In this document: piece by piece, positions 1-9,629 of the stretch | Layout of the letters: each line of letters starts with the position of its first letter | Numbering within the stretch: the stretch's first letter is position 1 | From: Atopobium sp. | GTDB lineage: Bacteria; Actinomycetota; Coriobacteriia; Coriobacteriales; Atopobiaceae | Direction of reading: 5' to 3' | NCBI GenBank assembly: GCA_018376005.1 | Contig: JAHACE010000001.1 | Location: forward strand, 1 to 53,330 | DNA length: 53,330 nt | The notes under the pieces: model-generated | Told to the model about the DNA's origin: nothing | Databases searched by the model: none | What the model saw: the letters and a program-made list of their open reading frames with translations, nothing else | Made by a program: the position numbers and the translations under genes

Positions 1-705
1 CTTAAGGAATTTCTTAGTAGTGCCGTGCTCAAGGACAAACTGAGCTACTGGCTCATCAAGACCGGTAAGTGGTCTGAGCTCTGGATCATAGTAAGGATTA
101 GGCAGGAATCGCACGTCAATCATAAGGTCAGCCTCAACGGGCAAACCGTTTTTGAAGCCAAAGGAAAACACGCTAACATCCATAAGCTGCTGTTCAGCAA
201 GCTCTGAAAATGTGCGACGAAGGCGGCTCTTGAGCGTATTAGTACGCATAGACGAGGTATCTAGGACCACATCTGCCAGCGCTTTTATGTCCTGTAGCTG
301 TGCGCGCTCCTTAGAAATTGCAGATGAGAGATTTTCTCCCTCCTGCGCTAAAGGATGACGACGGCGATTCTCGCTATAGCGACGCATAAGTACTTCGTCT
401 GAGGAGTCCAGATAAACAATCTTGTACGTGAGCTCGTGATCTGAAAGAGACTTCAGAGCTTCAGAGATGTCATCAAAAAGACCTTGCGAGCGCAAATCGC
501 AGGTAACGGCCAAGTGGCGGCCAACACCCGTGTTAATGCCCACAAGATTAGAAAGCTGCAAAATAAGAGCTGGTGGCAGGTTATCAATGCAGAAATAACC
601 CATGTCCTCAAACACATGAAGCGCCTGCGTGCGACCCGATCCAGACATACCCGTAATAATGACAATGTCGGGAATAACTGAAGGTGTGGGATCGTTTTTC
701 TTCAC
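1..705 (-). CDS. rapZ: RNase adapter RapZ/YvcJ family P-loop protein (partial; runs off left edge; absent from ORF track)
   Basis: Manual translation from GTG at 705 (RBS AGGAG): MKKNDPTPSVIPDIVIITGMSGSGRTQALHVFEDMGYFCIDNLPP...SFGFKNGLPVEADLMIDVRFLPNPYY, the RapZ signature motifs. Confidence 0.93.
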   Translation of the reverse strand, partial: MKKNDPTPSVIPDIVIITGMSGSGRTQALHVFEDMGYFCIDNLPPALILQLSNLVGINTGVGRHLAVTCDLRSQGLFDDISEALKSLSDHELTYKIVYLDSSDEVLMRRYSENRRRHPLAQEGENLSSAISKERAQLQDIKALADVVLDTSSMRTNTLKSRLRRTFSELAEQQLMDVSVFSFGFKNGLPVEADLMIDVRFLPNPYYDPELRPLTGLDEPVAQFVLEHGTTKKFLK

Positions 706-751
706 AGGCGCTCCTTAAATACGTGACGAGAAAACCTTACCGCTCCAAGCG

Positions 752-1441
752 TTAATCCTCAAGTGCTGCAGCAAACCAAGAGGTAATTGAAGTTGGATGT
801 GTAATAGCTGTACCTGAAACAACTGCCCAAGCGCCTGCATCAAGAGCATCTTTTGCGTCTTGTGGTGTGTGGACGTGACCTTCGCAAATAATGGCAATAC
901 CTGGGAATTCAGTAGTTGCCTGCTGGAGAAGGGCAATGTCAGGACCATCGTCAAGTGTTGTATCAATAGCGGCCTTGTTGTGAGAAAGTGTAGTTGAAAC
1001 GAGGTCACAACCAGCGGCAACAGCGCGACGGATGTCATCCATAGTCATGCAGTCAGCCATAATCAGCACGTCAGACTCTGCACGCAGAGTTGCAACAGTC
1101 TCTTCAAAGGTTCTACCATCAGGCCTTGGACGGTCTGTTGCATCCAGGGCAACAACATCTGCGCCAGCGTGAATACAAGCACGCGCATGACGAAGCGTAG
1201 GGGTTATGTAGACACCCTCATGACCCTCTTTCCAGAGGCCAATAACAGGAATTTCAACTCTGCCTTTAATGGCAGAAATATCAGACAAACCCTGGCACCT
1301 AATAGCTGCAGCGCCGCCAAGCTCACAAGCGCGAGCAATCTGAGCCATGGTCTCTGGATGCCTCATAGGCTCACCAGGATACGCCTGGACGCTGACAATG
1401 AGTTTTCCTTTAAGTGACTCAACAAGCTCTGAATATGCCAC
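752..1441 (-). CDS. nanE: N-acetylmannosamine-6-phosphate 2-epimerase
   Basis: LIVSVQA, PVIGLWK, YITPT, EGHVHTP, GTAITHP motifs; start moved to GTG 1441 after GAGGAG. Confidence 0.93.
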   Translation of the reverse strand: MAYSELVESLKGKLIVSVQAYPGEPMRHPETMAQIARACELGGAAAIRCQGLSDISAIKGRVEIPVIGLWKEGHEGVYITPTLRHARACIHAGADVVALDATDRPRPDGRTFEETVATLRAESDVLIMADCMTMDDIRRAVAAGCDLVSTTLSHNKAAIDTTLDDGPDIALLQQATTEFPGIAIICEGHVHTPQDAKDALDAGAWAVVSGTAITHPTSITSWFAAALED

Positions 1442-1535
1442 GGTATTCTCCTCACAAGAATGTACGTACATTAAAGGTGTCTGTCTTTGCTGCGTGTCTG
1501 GTCAGCAAATAATTTGCCTGCTGACATGCTTCTGC

Positions 1536-2525
1536 CTAAAGACGTGTCTCTAAATAGCCAGGTAGAATAAGGTTTTCTGCAGCTCCAATAAGAGGGGCTT
1601 CTCCACCAAGCGTACCCTTCACAAGAGGCGTTGCCTGAACGGGAGGCATTGCCTGCAGCTTAAATGCAGATGCAAGTGCCTCATGCCAGTACTTGCCACA
1701 CTCTGCAACGGAACCAGACAGAATGATGACAGAAGGGTCAAGCATGTTGCACATGCTGCCCAAGACCTCACCAAGTGCACGGCCCGAGCGCTCCTCTGCA
1801 GCCTGCGCGATTTTCTCGCCAGCAAGAGCTCTGCGGTCAATCTCTGCGCCATCAAGAGCAGAACCGTCTTCAAGCGTGTCGGAGCCGCCAAGGCGGACGT
1901 ACTCGCGAATAATGCCAGGACCTGCGGAAACAGGCTCAAGATGAGAAGTTCCACCACAAGGACAATCAACGCCTGCAGCGGCTGGAGTTGCAACGTGACC
2001 AATGTGACCAGCCTCGTCGTGAGCACCCAGCATCAAGATGCCGTGGTTCACAAAAGCGCCACCAATGCCCGTGCCAACTGCTACGGTTAAAACGCTGTCT
2101 TTGCCGTGGCCAGCGCCGTGACGAGCCTCGCCCAGAGCATGAGCGTGAACGTCATTGAGGACGCTACAGGGAAGGTCAAACTCGCTGGTAACTGCTGAGC
2201 CAAGAGCAGTTCCACCCCAGCCTGGCATAAGCTCGTTTGCGTAGGTGATGTCTCCGGTGCGAGGGTCAACAACACCAGCAGAAGAAATACCCACGCCAGA
2301 GATAGTAAGACCTAGCTCCTCTGCGCGAGAAAGGGCCTCTCTAATTGCCTGCAGAACGGTAGCAAGAACTTGCTTGCCACCCTCTTTTGCGTTAGTAGGA
2401 ACCTTCTTTACGGACCGAACGTTTGGAGCGTCGGTGCCGTTAAGGGTGACTATGCCACAGGCAATTTTTGTGCCGCCAATATCAACGGCACAAACATGTG
2501 TTGGAGAAACAAACTTAGAGTCCAT
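1536..2525 (-). CDS. nanK: ROK-family sugar kinase, probable N-acetylmannosamine kinase
   Basis: DIGGTK, NDV, GTGIGG, GHIGH...CPCG...HLE motifs; lies between nanA and nanE. Confidence 0.8.
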   Translation of the reverse strand: MDSKFVSPTHVCAVDIGGTKIACGIVTLNGTDAPNVRSVKKVPTNAKEGGKQVLATVLQAIREALSRAEELGLTISGVGISSAGVVDPRTGDITYANELMPGWGGTALGSAVTSEFDLPCSVLNDVHAHALGEARHGAGHGKDSVLTVAVGTGIGGAFVNHGILMLGAHDEAGHIGHVATPAAAGVDCPCGGTSHLEPVSAGPGIIREYVRLGGSDTLEDGSALDGAEIDRRALAGEKIAQAAEERSGRALGEVLGSMCNMLDPSVIILSGSVAECGKYWHEALASAFKLQAMPPVQATPLVKGTLGGEAPLIGAAENLILPGYLETRL

Positions 2526-2540
2526 GGTGTCCCCTCTTGT

Positions 2541-3464
2541 TTAGAGAAGGCCGTTTGCAATAAGAACCTGCTTAATTGCCTCACGGTTCTGGCCATCAAG
2601 TGGCTTAACAGGACGAGGCATCTGGTCAGAATCAAAGATGCCCATGAGGTTAAGTGCGCACTTGAATGCGCCAACGCCAGACCCATAGCCCTGAACGCCT
2701 GAAGTGACATCAAAGATGTGAGAAATCTCATTGAGTCGGTCCTGCTCACGCTTGACCTCTGCCCAGTTACCTTCCTGAGCTGCCTTCCACATGCGGACGT
2801 AGCCCTCTGGCTCAACATTAGCAAGACCTGGTACAGAACCGTCTGCACCAGAAAGAAGGGCGCCGTCAACAACAATCTCATGGCCGGTCAAAAGGGTTAG
2901 AGGGTGACCGTTCTTCTCGTTCTCCTGAACAAGATACCTGAAGGAGACATCATCGCCAGAAGAGTCCTTAACGCCTGCAAGAACACCCTCTGCGCCTAGA
3001 CGAGCAAGCATCTTCCAAGGTAGTTTAGTGTGAACGCAGACAGGAATGTCATACGCAAACAGAGGTGCATCCAGCTCCTGGTGAAGAATGCGGAAGTGCT
3101 CCTCAACATCAGCTGGACCGCCAAGTGCGTAGAAGGGAGCGGTTGCTACAAGAGCATCTGCGCCCAGTGCGAGGGCACGGCGACCGTGCTCCAGGACGCG
3201 CTCGGTCTCGGTATCAATGATGCCCACAAGGACCGGAACACGATGGTCAACAATGCGAACAGCCTCGCGCACAATCTGATCGCGACGCTCATCTGTGGCA
3301 AAAACAACCTCGCCAGAAGAGCCAAGGAAGAACAGGCCGTCTACGCCAGCCTCAATGAGACGATTAATAGAGCGCTCAAACGACACAACATCAAGCTGAT
3401 GGTCTGGGGTATCTGGGGTTACAACTGGTGGAACAACACCGCTAAATGGTACGTTACTGGACAT
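2541..3464 (-). CDS. nanA: DapA-family aldolase, probable N-acetylneuraminate lyase
   Basis: GSSGE, YDIP and Schiff-base GVKDSSGD motifs; nan context. Confidence 0.85.
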   Translation of the reverse strand: MSSNVPFSGVVPPVVTPDTPDHQLDVVSFERSINRLIEAGVDGLFFLGSSGEVVFATDERRDQIVREAVRIVDHRVPVLVGIIDTETERVLEHGRRALALGADALVATAPFYALGGPADVEEHFRILHQELDAPLFAYDIPVCVHTKLPWKMLARLGAEGVLAGVKDSSGDDVSFRYLVQENEKNGHPLTLLTGHEIVVDGALLSGADGSVPGLANVEPEGYVRMWKAAQEGNWAEVKREQDRLNEISHIFDVTSGVQGYGSGVGAFKCALNLMGIFDSDQMPRPVKPLDGQNREAIKQVLIANGLL

Positions 3465-3561
3465 GCTTTATCCTTTCACACGTTGGAAAATCCAACTGGT
3501 TTCATACAACAATGTACTGAAGTAGCCGACCAAAGCATTGATCAAAAGCAACTTCAAAGAA

Positions 3562-3575
3562 CCTACGTAATTATA
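3562..3575 (-). promoter_or_regulatory. Putative internal promoter (-10 TATAAT) for nanA-nanK-nanE followed by TACGTAGG motif
   Basis: Perfect TATAAT at 3575-3570, about 105 nt upstream of nanA. Confidence 0.4.
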
Positions 3576-3581
3576 GTCCGC

Positions 3582-4550
3582 TTAGTTATGACAAAGCCCT
3601 GATATAACCTCGCAGAGATAGTTGATTTGCTCGTTCTCAAACTGATTGATGCGCTCGTGGCCATACTTGGGGTACACGCGCATTTCCTTCTGTCCTGGCA
3701 AGCGATTGTACAGCGCAAACGTTCCTTCAGTTGGAGCGCTCTGGTCCAGCAGAGACGTGCCGATAAGCGCAGGCACACGCACAAGCTCGGCCGCGCACGC
3801 GCTGTCGAGAAGACCGACCGCGTCGATAGCTGTATCTGACTGCGGGGTGTCTCCGCACCCGACAACCGTACGCAGGGTTGTTGCGTTGTCGGCAAAGAGT
3901 GGGTTCAGTGCCATGGTAACGCTCACTTCCTTGGGCAGAAGCGCCGCCGTAAACAATGCTTGCGAGCCGCCTAGACCTTCTCCCCAGGTGACGATTGTGC
4001 GCCCGAGGAAGCGCGATGCAACCGCGGTAGTTACCAGTGCGTCATCGATGAGCTGCTTGAGCGTGGAGGATGCGGCATCATCTGGGTTGATGAGCGCGTG
4101 AGCAAGCTCCTCTGCGGTAAGCGCTCCCCTCCAAGCGTCTTTGAGCTGAGGTTCGCACGGGCGAGCCTCCAGAGCTACAACAGGCATGCCCAGCGCCGAG
4201 AAGCGCAAAAGGTGCAGCCAGCTGCGCACTCCCCGACCAAGATCGGAGAAGAGTACCACCGCGGGCAGCTTTGCCGATGCGGGCAGCTCTGCTGGAGCTA
4301 GCGGTTCTGCCACCGACACACCTGCTGGAAGAATGACGCGAGCACGCAGCTGCGTCTGGTCAGTTGAGGTGAATGTGATGCGTTTAAACGTTGCCGCCTG
4401 AGTAGCGGACGGAAGCTCAACCGCGCTCTCTACGTGCGCATTTTGAGCAAACGCTACAGACGTCTCCCAAAATGATTCAAAGTTTGATGGTCTAAGCCAC
4501 GCGCCGCGATAAGAACGGGCATCTTCAAGCCTTTGTGTTAAACCCCTCAT
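3582..4550 (-). CDS. Acetylxylan esterase (CE7/AXE1)-like protein lacking the catalytic Ser
   Basis: Paralogue of the upstream esterase (FESFWE, L-D-x-x-A-P, YPKYGHE), but the nucleophile elbow reads WGEGLGG. Confidence 0.75.
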   Translation of the reverse strand: MRGLTQRLEDARSYRGAWLRPSNFESFWETSVAFAQNAHVESAVELPSATQAATFKRITFTSTDQTQLRARVILPAGVSVAEPLAPAELPASAKLPAVVLFSDLGRGVRSWLHLLRFSALGMPVVALEARPCEPQLKDAWRGALTAEELAHALINPDDAASSTLKQLIDDALVTTAVASRFLGRTIVTWGEGLGGSQALFTAALLPKEVSVTMALNPLFADNATTLRTVVGCGDTPQSDTAIDAVGLLDSACAAELVRVPALIGTSLLDQSAPTEGTFALYNRLPGQKEMRVYPKYGHERINQFENEQINYLCEVISGLCHN

Positions 4551-5587
4551 GCTTTCACCTCGCCTTCTGCTTGAGCGGGAAATGACGAGTCCAGTGCTTC
4601 AAGAGCTTGCTCTCCCTTGTCTGAGCAGATGAAATCAATGATCTTATCGTCAAAATCACCAATCTCTTCATGCGCATATCCGGGGTAAAGAAGATGTCTC
4701 TTTGAGCAGGTCAAGGCATTGTAAGCAGCAAACTGAGCCTCTGGAGGAACTACCGGGTCATCAAGTCCGGTGCCAAAAAGCACAGGACAGGTAACCATAC
4801 GTGCAAAATTGACTGAATCAATGTAGGCAAGCTTTGCAAAGACCTCATCAACGCGAGAACCATCTGCGTCAAACCAGCGGGAATAATAACGGATGCCCTC
4901 GTAGGCAACCTCATCAGCATTAAGCTCCCACACACACCTAAAATCAGTGAGGAAGGGGTAAAGAATTGCTGCCCTATTAATCAGGTCTTGATTGAGTGCG
5001 CAGGTAGCAAGACCAATACCACCTCCCTGCGAGGCACCGTTTACAAAAACGCGATCTGTATCAATTCCTTCAAGCTGTCTAACAATTCTGCAGAGCAAGC
5101 GAATGTTCTGATACAGATGAACAAAGTAAAGGTCCTCTACAGGTCCATCTAGTCCGAGCACCAAGTGACCCGAGACGGTAGTGCTCTTGTACGAGCTTCC
5201 GTCCAAACTACGGCCACCCTGCCCAGGATTATCAAGCGCAATCAGCGAGCAGCCCAAGCCCAAAAATGAGCTCTGCTCAAACCAACTGCGAGAAGATCCT
5301 GGATAGCCATGAAACTGTAAAACAAGCGGGGTTTGTACATCTAAGGCAGTCTGTGGTCGCAGGTACTTTGCGTAGACTTCCGCGCCATCAATGCCTACAA
5401 ATGTAAGATCAAAAAAGTGGGCTGAAGCAGTTGACGTGACCTCTGTTGAAGGAACAATCTGCCAGCTGAGAGGGGCGTTATCTGCTTCCTCCATACGTGC
5501 CTTCCAAAACGCCTCAAAATCCGAAGGATAGGGCGTCAAAGCATGAGCTGCCTTCAACTCTGTCAGCTCAAGCGTCTCTTGGTGCAT
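4547..5587 (-). CDS. Acetylxylan esterase / cephalosporin-C deacetylase (CE7), probable sialate or sugar O-acetylesterase
   Basis: PSDFEAFW, FHGYPG, PGQGG, GASQGG, DDPVVPP, YAHEE; start moved to ATG 5587 after GGAG. Confidence 0.85.
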   Translation of the reverse strand: MHQETLELTELKAAHALTPYPSDFEAFWKARMEEADNAPLSWQIVPSTEVTSTASAHFFDLTFVGIDGAEVYAKYLRPQTALDVQTPLVLQFHGYPGSSRSWFEQSSFLGLGCSLIALDNPGQGGRSLDGSSYKSTTVSGHLVLGLDGPVEDLYFVHLYQNIRLLCRIVRQLEGIDTDRVFVNGASQGGGIGLATCALNQDLINRAAILYPFLTDFRCVWELNADEVAYEGIRYYSRWFDADGSRVDEVFAKLAYIDSVNFARMVTCPVLFGTGLDDPVVPPEAQFAAYNALTCSKRHLLYPGYAHEEIGDFDDKIIDFICSDKGEQALEALDSSFPAQAEGEVKA

Positions 5588-5608
5588 TTCTCCACCTAAC
5601 AAGCTAAA

Positions 5609-5632
5609 AGAGCGCAGCCTAAGCTGCGCTCT
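5609..5632 (-). terminator. Intra-operon hairpin/terminator after the ABC ATPase
   Basis: AGAGCGCAGC-4nt-GCTGCGCTCT followed by TTT on the minus strand. Confidence 0.5.
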
Positions 5633-5651
5633 AGTCAAACAAACGTAAGCG

Positions 5652-6473
5652 CTACTCACCCAGTTTAGGATGAAGCAGAGATGGCGCAGCACCCAAAAGC
5701 GTCTTAGTGTAAGGATCTGTTGGATGCTCAAAGACCTGCTTAGCAGGACCATCTTCCATAATCTGGCCGTGATTCATAACAATGATGCGGTCAGAAACAT
5801 AGCGGACAGTCTGAATATCGTGCGAAATAAAAATCATCGAGAGACCCAACTCAGACTTGAGGTCGGTGAGCAGGTTCAAGATCTGTGCGCGAACAGAAAC
5901 GTCCAGTGCGGAAGTAGGCTCGTCAGCAATGATTGCCGATGGATTCAGAGAAAGAGCACGTGCAATTGCAACACGCTGACGCTGACCACCAGAGAGCTGA
6001 CCAGGAAGGGCGCGAAGTGCCGAATGTGGAAGTCCAACCAGACCGACAAGCTCATTAATACGGGCTTCTCGCTCCTGCTCTGTTCCTACCTTATGTACCA
6101 GCAGTGGATCCATAAGCTGATCTTTAACAATCATGCGAGGATTAAGAGCAGTTGCTGGGTCCTGGAAAACAACAGAGACAACGCGGCCAATCTGCTTCCT
6201 GAGCTCTGGAGTACGCTTGGTAACATCCATTCCCTTGAAGTACACATGACCGGACGTTGGTGACTGAAGACCACACATGACATTTGCGGTAGTAGACTTT
6301 CCGCAGCCAGACTCACCAACAATACCAATGGTCTCACCAGGCATAAGCTTGAGAGAAACATTCTGTACTGCGTGAACCTTATTAGGCTTAAAGATTGAGC
6401 CCGTACGCGTCTTAAACGTAACCGAAATATCATCGAGGAAGATAATTGGCTGCTCTTCAGTTGTTATAGCCAT
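5652..6473 (-). CDS. ABC transporter ATP-binding protein (DppF-like), sialic acid uptake
   Basis: [24 protein letters not shown]. Confidence 0.92.
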   Translation of the reverse strand: MAITTEEQPIIFLDDISVTFKTRTGSIFKPNKVHAVQNVSLKLMPGETIGIVGESGCGKSTTANVMCGLQSPTSGHVYFKGMDVTKRTPELRKQIGRVVSVVFQDPATALNPRMIVKDQLMDPLLVHKVGTEQEREARINELVGLVGLPHSALRALPGQLSGGQRQRVAIARALSLNPSAIIADEPTSALDVSVRAQILNLLTDLKSELGLSMIFISHDIQTVRYVSDRIIVMNHGQIMEDGPAKQVFEHPTDPYTKTLLGAAPSLLHPKLGE

Positions 6474-8513
6474 TTACCTCACCTCCTTTTGAGAACGCTC
6501 AAGGTAAGGCACAAGACCATGCTCCTTCAGATACTCATCAGGCAGCTCGGAGAAACGATGGTGCTTACCAGGAATCTCCTTAATAACAGGATGTACCTCA
6601 AGACCCAAGTCTGGGTGGCTTGAACGAGGAGCAAACCTATCGCCTGTTGGGAAGTCCTCTGGAGAAGGAACAGAACCTGGTACCTGGTGAAGCCTGGTAC
6701 CGTCCTGTGCACCTTCCTCAATGGAAAGAACAGAGCCGAGAAGACCGCGGGTATACTCGTGAACAGGATTGGTCAGAAGCTCAGTAGTAGCTGCCTGCTC
6801 AATAACCTGACCTGCGTACATAACGGTAATCTCAGAAGCAACCTCTGCAACAAGTGCAAGGTCGTGGCTTACAAAGATCATTGCGAAGCCAAGACGACGC
6901 TGAAGGTCATTTAAGAGCTTGATAACTTGCTTCTGAACAGTAACGTCTAGAGCGGTTGTTGGCTCGTCGCAGATAACCAGAGAAGGATCGCGGGTAAGAG
7001 CCATAGCAATCAGAACACGCTGACGCTGACCACCGGAAAGCTCGTGTGGATAAGACTCAAGCGTACGCTTTGGATCCAAGCCTACAAGCTCCAGAAGCTC
7101 CTCTGCAGAACGGGTACCTCCTCTGCTAGTAAGTTGCTTCATCTGAGAAGAGATAAGCATGGAAGGGTTCAAGGAAGACAGAGCATCCTGATAGACCATT
7201 GCAAGCTCGTGTCCAAGCAGCTTGCGATGCTCTTCTTTGGAGAGCTTCAGGAGGTCTTGGTCTTTGTAGAGGACCTCACCAGTGATGGTTTCCTTTGGAT
7301 CAGTCAGACCCATGATGACCTTGGTGGTAATAGACTTGCCGCAGCCAGACTCGCCAACCAGTGCCATGCACTGACCAGGACGAACATCAAAGCTTACGTG
7401 GTCAACAACCTTAACATCTCCGTGAGACTCAAAGCTGATGCAAAGATCCTTAACGCTGAGCAGTGGCTTTACATCAAAGTCTGGCTTACGCCTATCAGTT
7501 CTGGAAAGCTCAACTTCTTTAAGTGCATTAAGTCTGCGCTCAAGGGACTCTGCCTGCTCTGCATAGGCGCGAACTGGATCAGATGCAAGGATGTCATCTG
7601 CACGCCTGGAGTCAGAGTTCTCTGTATCAACAGGAGCGCCAGGTGCTGCTGCCATAGCGTCAGTAAGACCCTCGGAGAGGATATTCAGTGCCAGGCAGGT
7701 CATCATGATGGCCAGGCCTGGGAAGAATGCCTGCCACCAACGGCCAGCAAGAACGCCAGCACGAGCATCAGCCAGGATGTTACCCCATGTTGGAGTTGGC
7801 TCTGCAATACCTGCACCAATGAAGGTCAATGATGCCTCAAAGATGATTGCGTCTGCAACAAGCGTAACGGTAAAGACCATGATTGGAGCAATGCAGTTAC
7901 GAAGAACATGCTTCCACAGAATCCAAGGAGCACGAGCACCAGAAACAATGGTTGCTCTTACGTAATCTTCGCCGTACTCGCTTACGATGTTTGCACGAAC
8001 AATGCGAGCAATCTGTGGCGTATACATAAAGCCAATAGCAAAGATGATTGAAGGAACGCTGTTACCCAGAATAGAAACAAAGACTGCTGCAAGTGCAATG
8101 CCTGGGAACGACATGATGATGTCGAGCACACGCATGATGACCTCAGAGACAGCCTTTCTAGAAACAGCGGCAATAGCACCAATAATTGAGCCACACAGTA
8201 GCGCCATGCCTGTAGCACCAAAACCAATGACCAGTGAATACTGACCACCATGGAGCATACGAGAAAGAATATCGCGGCCCTTATCGTCAGTACCAAAAAT
8301 GAATCCATTGCCTGGAGCCTGACGAGCGTTGAAGATCTCAAGTGGGTTATGTGGAGCAATAAAATTTGCAAAGACAGAAGCAAGAACAACAAAGACAAGA
8401 ATGACAAGAGCAATCTTGGAAGCTGTCTTCATCTTCTTAAAGCCACCAAAGGTTGAACCCTTTGCAGCAGCTTCTTCGAGCTTCTCGACTTGTTTTTTTC
8501 TCATTTGTACCAT
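6474..8513 (-). CDS. ABC transporter fused permease/ATP-binding protein (DppC-DppD)
   Basis: N-terminal GTDDKGRD permease domain, C-terminal [16 protein letters not shown]. Confidence 0.92.
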   Translation of the reverse strand: MVQMRKKQVEKLEEAAAKGSTFGGFKKMKTASKIALVILVFVVLASVFANFIAPHNPLEIFNARQAPGNGFIFGTDDKGRDILSRMLHGGQYSLVIGFGATGMALLCGSIIGAIAAVSRKAVSEVIMRVLDIIMSFPGIALAAVFVSILGNSVPSIIFAIGFMYTPQIARIVRANIVSEYGEDYVRATIVSGARAPWILWKHVLRNCIAPIMVFTVTLVADAIIFEASLTFIGAGIAEPTPTWGNILADARAGVLAGRWWQAFFPGLAIMMTCLALNILSEGLTDAMAAAPGAPVDTENSDSRRADDILASDPVRAYAEQAESLERRLNALKEVELSRTDRRKPDFDVKPLLSVKDLCISFESHGDVKVVDHVSFDVRPGQCMALVGESGCGKSITTKVIMGLTDPKETITGEVLYKDQDLLKLSKEEHRKLLGHELAMVYQDALSSLNPSMLISSQMKQLTSRGGTRSAEELLELVGLDPKRTLESYPHELSGGQRQRVLIAMALTRDPSLVICDEPTTALDVTVQKQVIKLLNDLQRRLGFAMIFVSHDLALVAEVASEITVMYAGQVIEQAATTELLTNPVHEYTRGLLGSVLSIEEGAQDGTRLHQVPGSVPSPEDFPTGDRFAPRSSHPDLGLEVHPVIKEIPGKHHRFSELPDEYLKEHGLVPYLERSQKEVR

Positions 8514-8517
8514 CGCA

Positions 8518-9474
8518 CTACACCGTCCTAATGCGTGGGTTAATCAAGATGTACAACATATCAACAACAATGTTGATGATGATGAAGGACAGTGCAACGA
8601 CAACAACAACGCCCTGAACAAGCATTGCCTCGTTACCCTGGATGCCCTCAAGAATTGCGGTACCCATGCCAGGAAGGTTAAAAATAACCTCAATAACAAC
8701 GGCGCCACCCATGAGGTAACCAATCTTCAGGCCAAGTGTGGTTACAGGGGTAATAAGAGCGTTGCGAAGTACGTTTCTTGCGATGACGATTCTCTCTGGA
8801 ATACCGGCGCCGCGAGCAGTGCGGACGTAGTCCTTATCCAGCTCCTCGACCATTGCGGTACGAACAATACGGGTCATCTGACCAGACATTGGAACCGCAA
8901 GTGCAAATGCCGGCATAATCATACGAGCAAAGTAGCCGACAAGATTTACCGTAGGATCTGGTAGTGCTCCAGAGGCTGGTAGCAGCTTAAGCGTAGACGC
9001 AAAGACCAGAATCAAAAGAACTGCCAACCAGAATGATGGCGTTGCAAGACCGGCAATTGAGAATACGCGGATGATTTGATCGGGCCATTGATCTCTATAG
9101 AGAGCCGCAATAACGCCCAACGTAAACGAAACTATTGCGCCAATGAAGAGACCCATAAAGGTCAACTGCATAGTTACTGGCAGAGCCTTTGAAATTCTTT
9201 CAGCAACTGAATAGTGAGAAGTGCCGTAGGTACCCAAGTTTCCATGAGCAACATCACCGATATAGCGTACATATCTCACAGGCCATGGATCATCAAGGCC
9301 ATTCTCAATGTGATACTGCTGGATGGCTTCTTCAGAAGCAGACTCTCCCAAGGCATTGTATGCAGGATCAACATGCGAGAAAGACATTAGGAAGAATACG
9401 AGAAAGGTGACGCCTAAAGCCATAATCGGCAGCGCAATAAGACGGCGTCCGATAAGACGTAATAGGTTGTTCAC
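8518..9474 (-). CDS. ABC transporter permease (DppB-like)
   Basis: DYVRTARGAG EAA-loop, NPRIR C-terminus. Confidence 0.92.
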   Translation of the reverse strand: MNNLLRLIGRRLIALPIMALGVTFLVFFLMSFSHVDPAYNALGESASEEAIQQYHIENGLDDPWPVRYVRYIGDVAHGNLGTYGTSHYSVAERISKALPVTMQLTFMGLFIGAIVSFTLGVIAALYRDQWPDQIIRVFSIAGLATPSFWLAVLLILVFASTLKLLPASGALPDPTVNLVGYFARMIMPAFALAVPMSGQMTRIVRTAMVEELDKDYVRTARGAGIPERIVIARNVLRNALITPVTTLGLKIGYLMGGAVVIEVIFNLPGMGTAILEGIQGNEAMLVQGVVVVVALSFIIINIVVDMLYILINPRIRTV

Positions 9475-9561
9475 TATCTCCCCCTCTCTCTTTAAAACAA
9501 ACCGTACAAATAAAATTTGATAAGACTTTGCACATCTCAGGACTAAATTTTGCGCACAAGA

Positions 9562-9591
9562 GCCCGAGCGTTATAAGTAAAACGCTCGGGC
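9562..9591 (-). other. Stem-loop after the binding-protein gene (mRNA stabiliser/attenuator)
   Basis: GCCCGAGCGTT-8nt-AACGCTCGGGC. Confidence 0.55.
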
Positions 9592-9629
9592 CCCAATATA
9601 TGAGATGCTAAGCGCGTGACGACAACAAA

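Noticed and set aside
25..681. Short ORFs at the left edge
   Set aside because: Explained by the minus-strand rapZ frame that the ORF track missed
5588..5752. ORF-track N-terminal extensions (esterase; likewise oppD to 39978, ATPase to 30511, nanE to 1471)
   Set aside because: Most overlap upstream genes; better RBS-supported starts lie downstream
6474..8513. Permease-ATPase fusion as a novelty
   Set aside because: Known feature of actinobacterial sialic-acid ABC transporters
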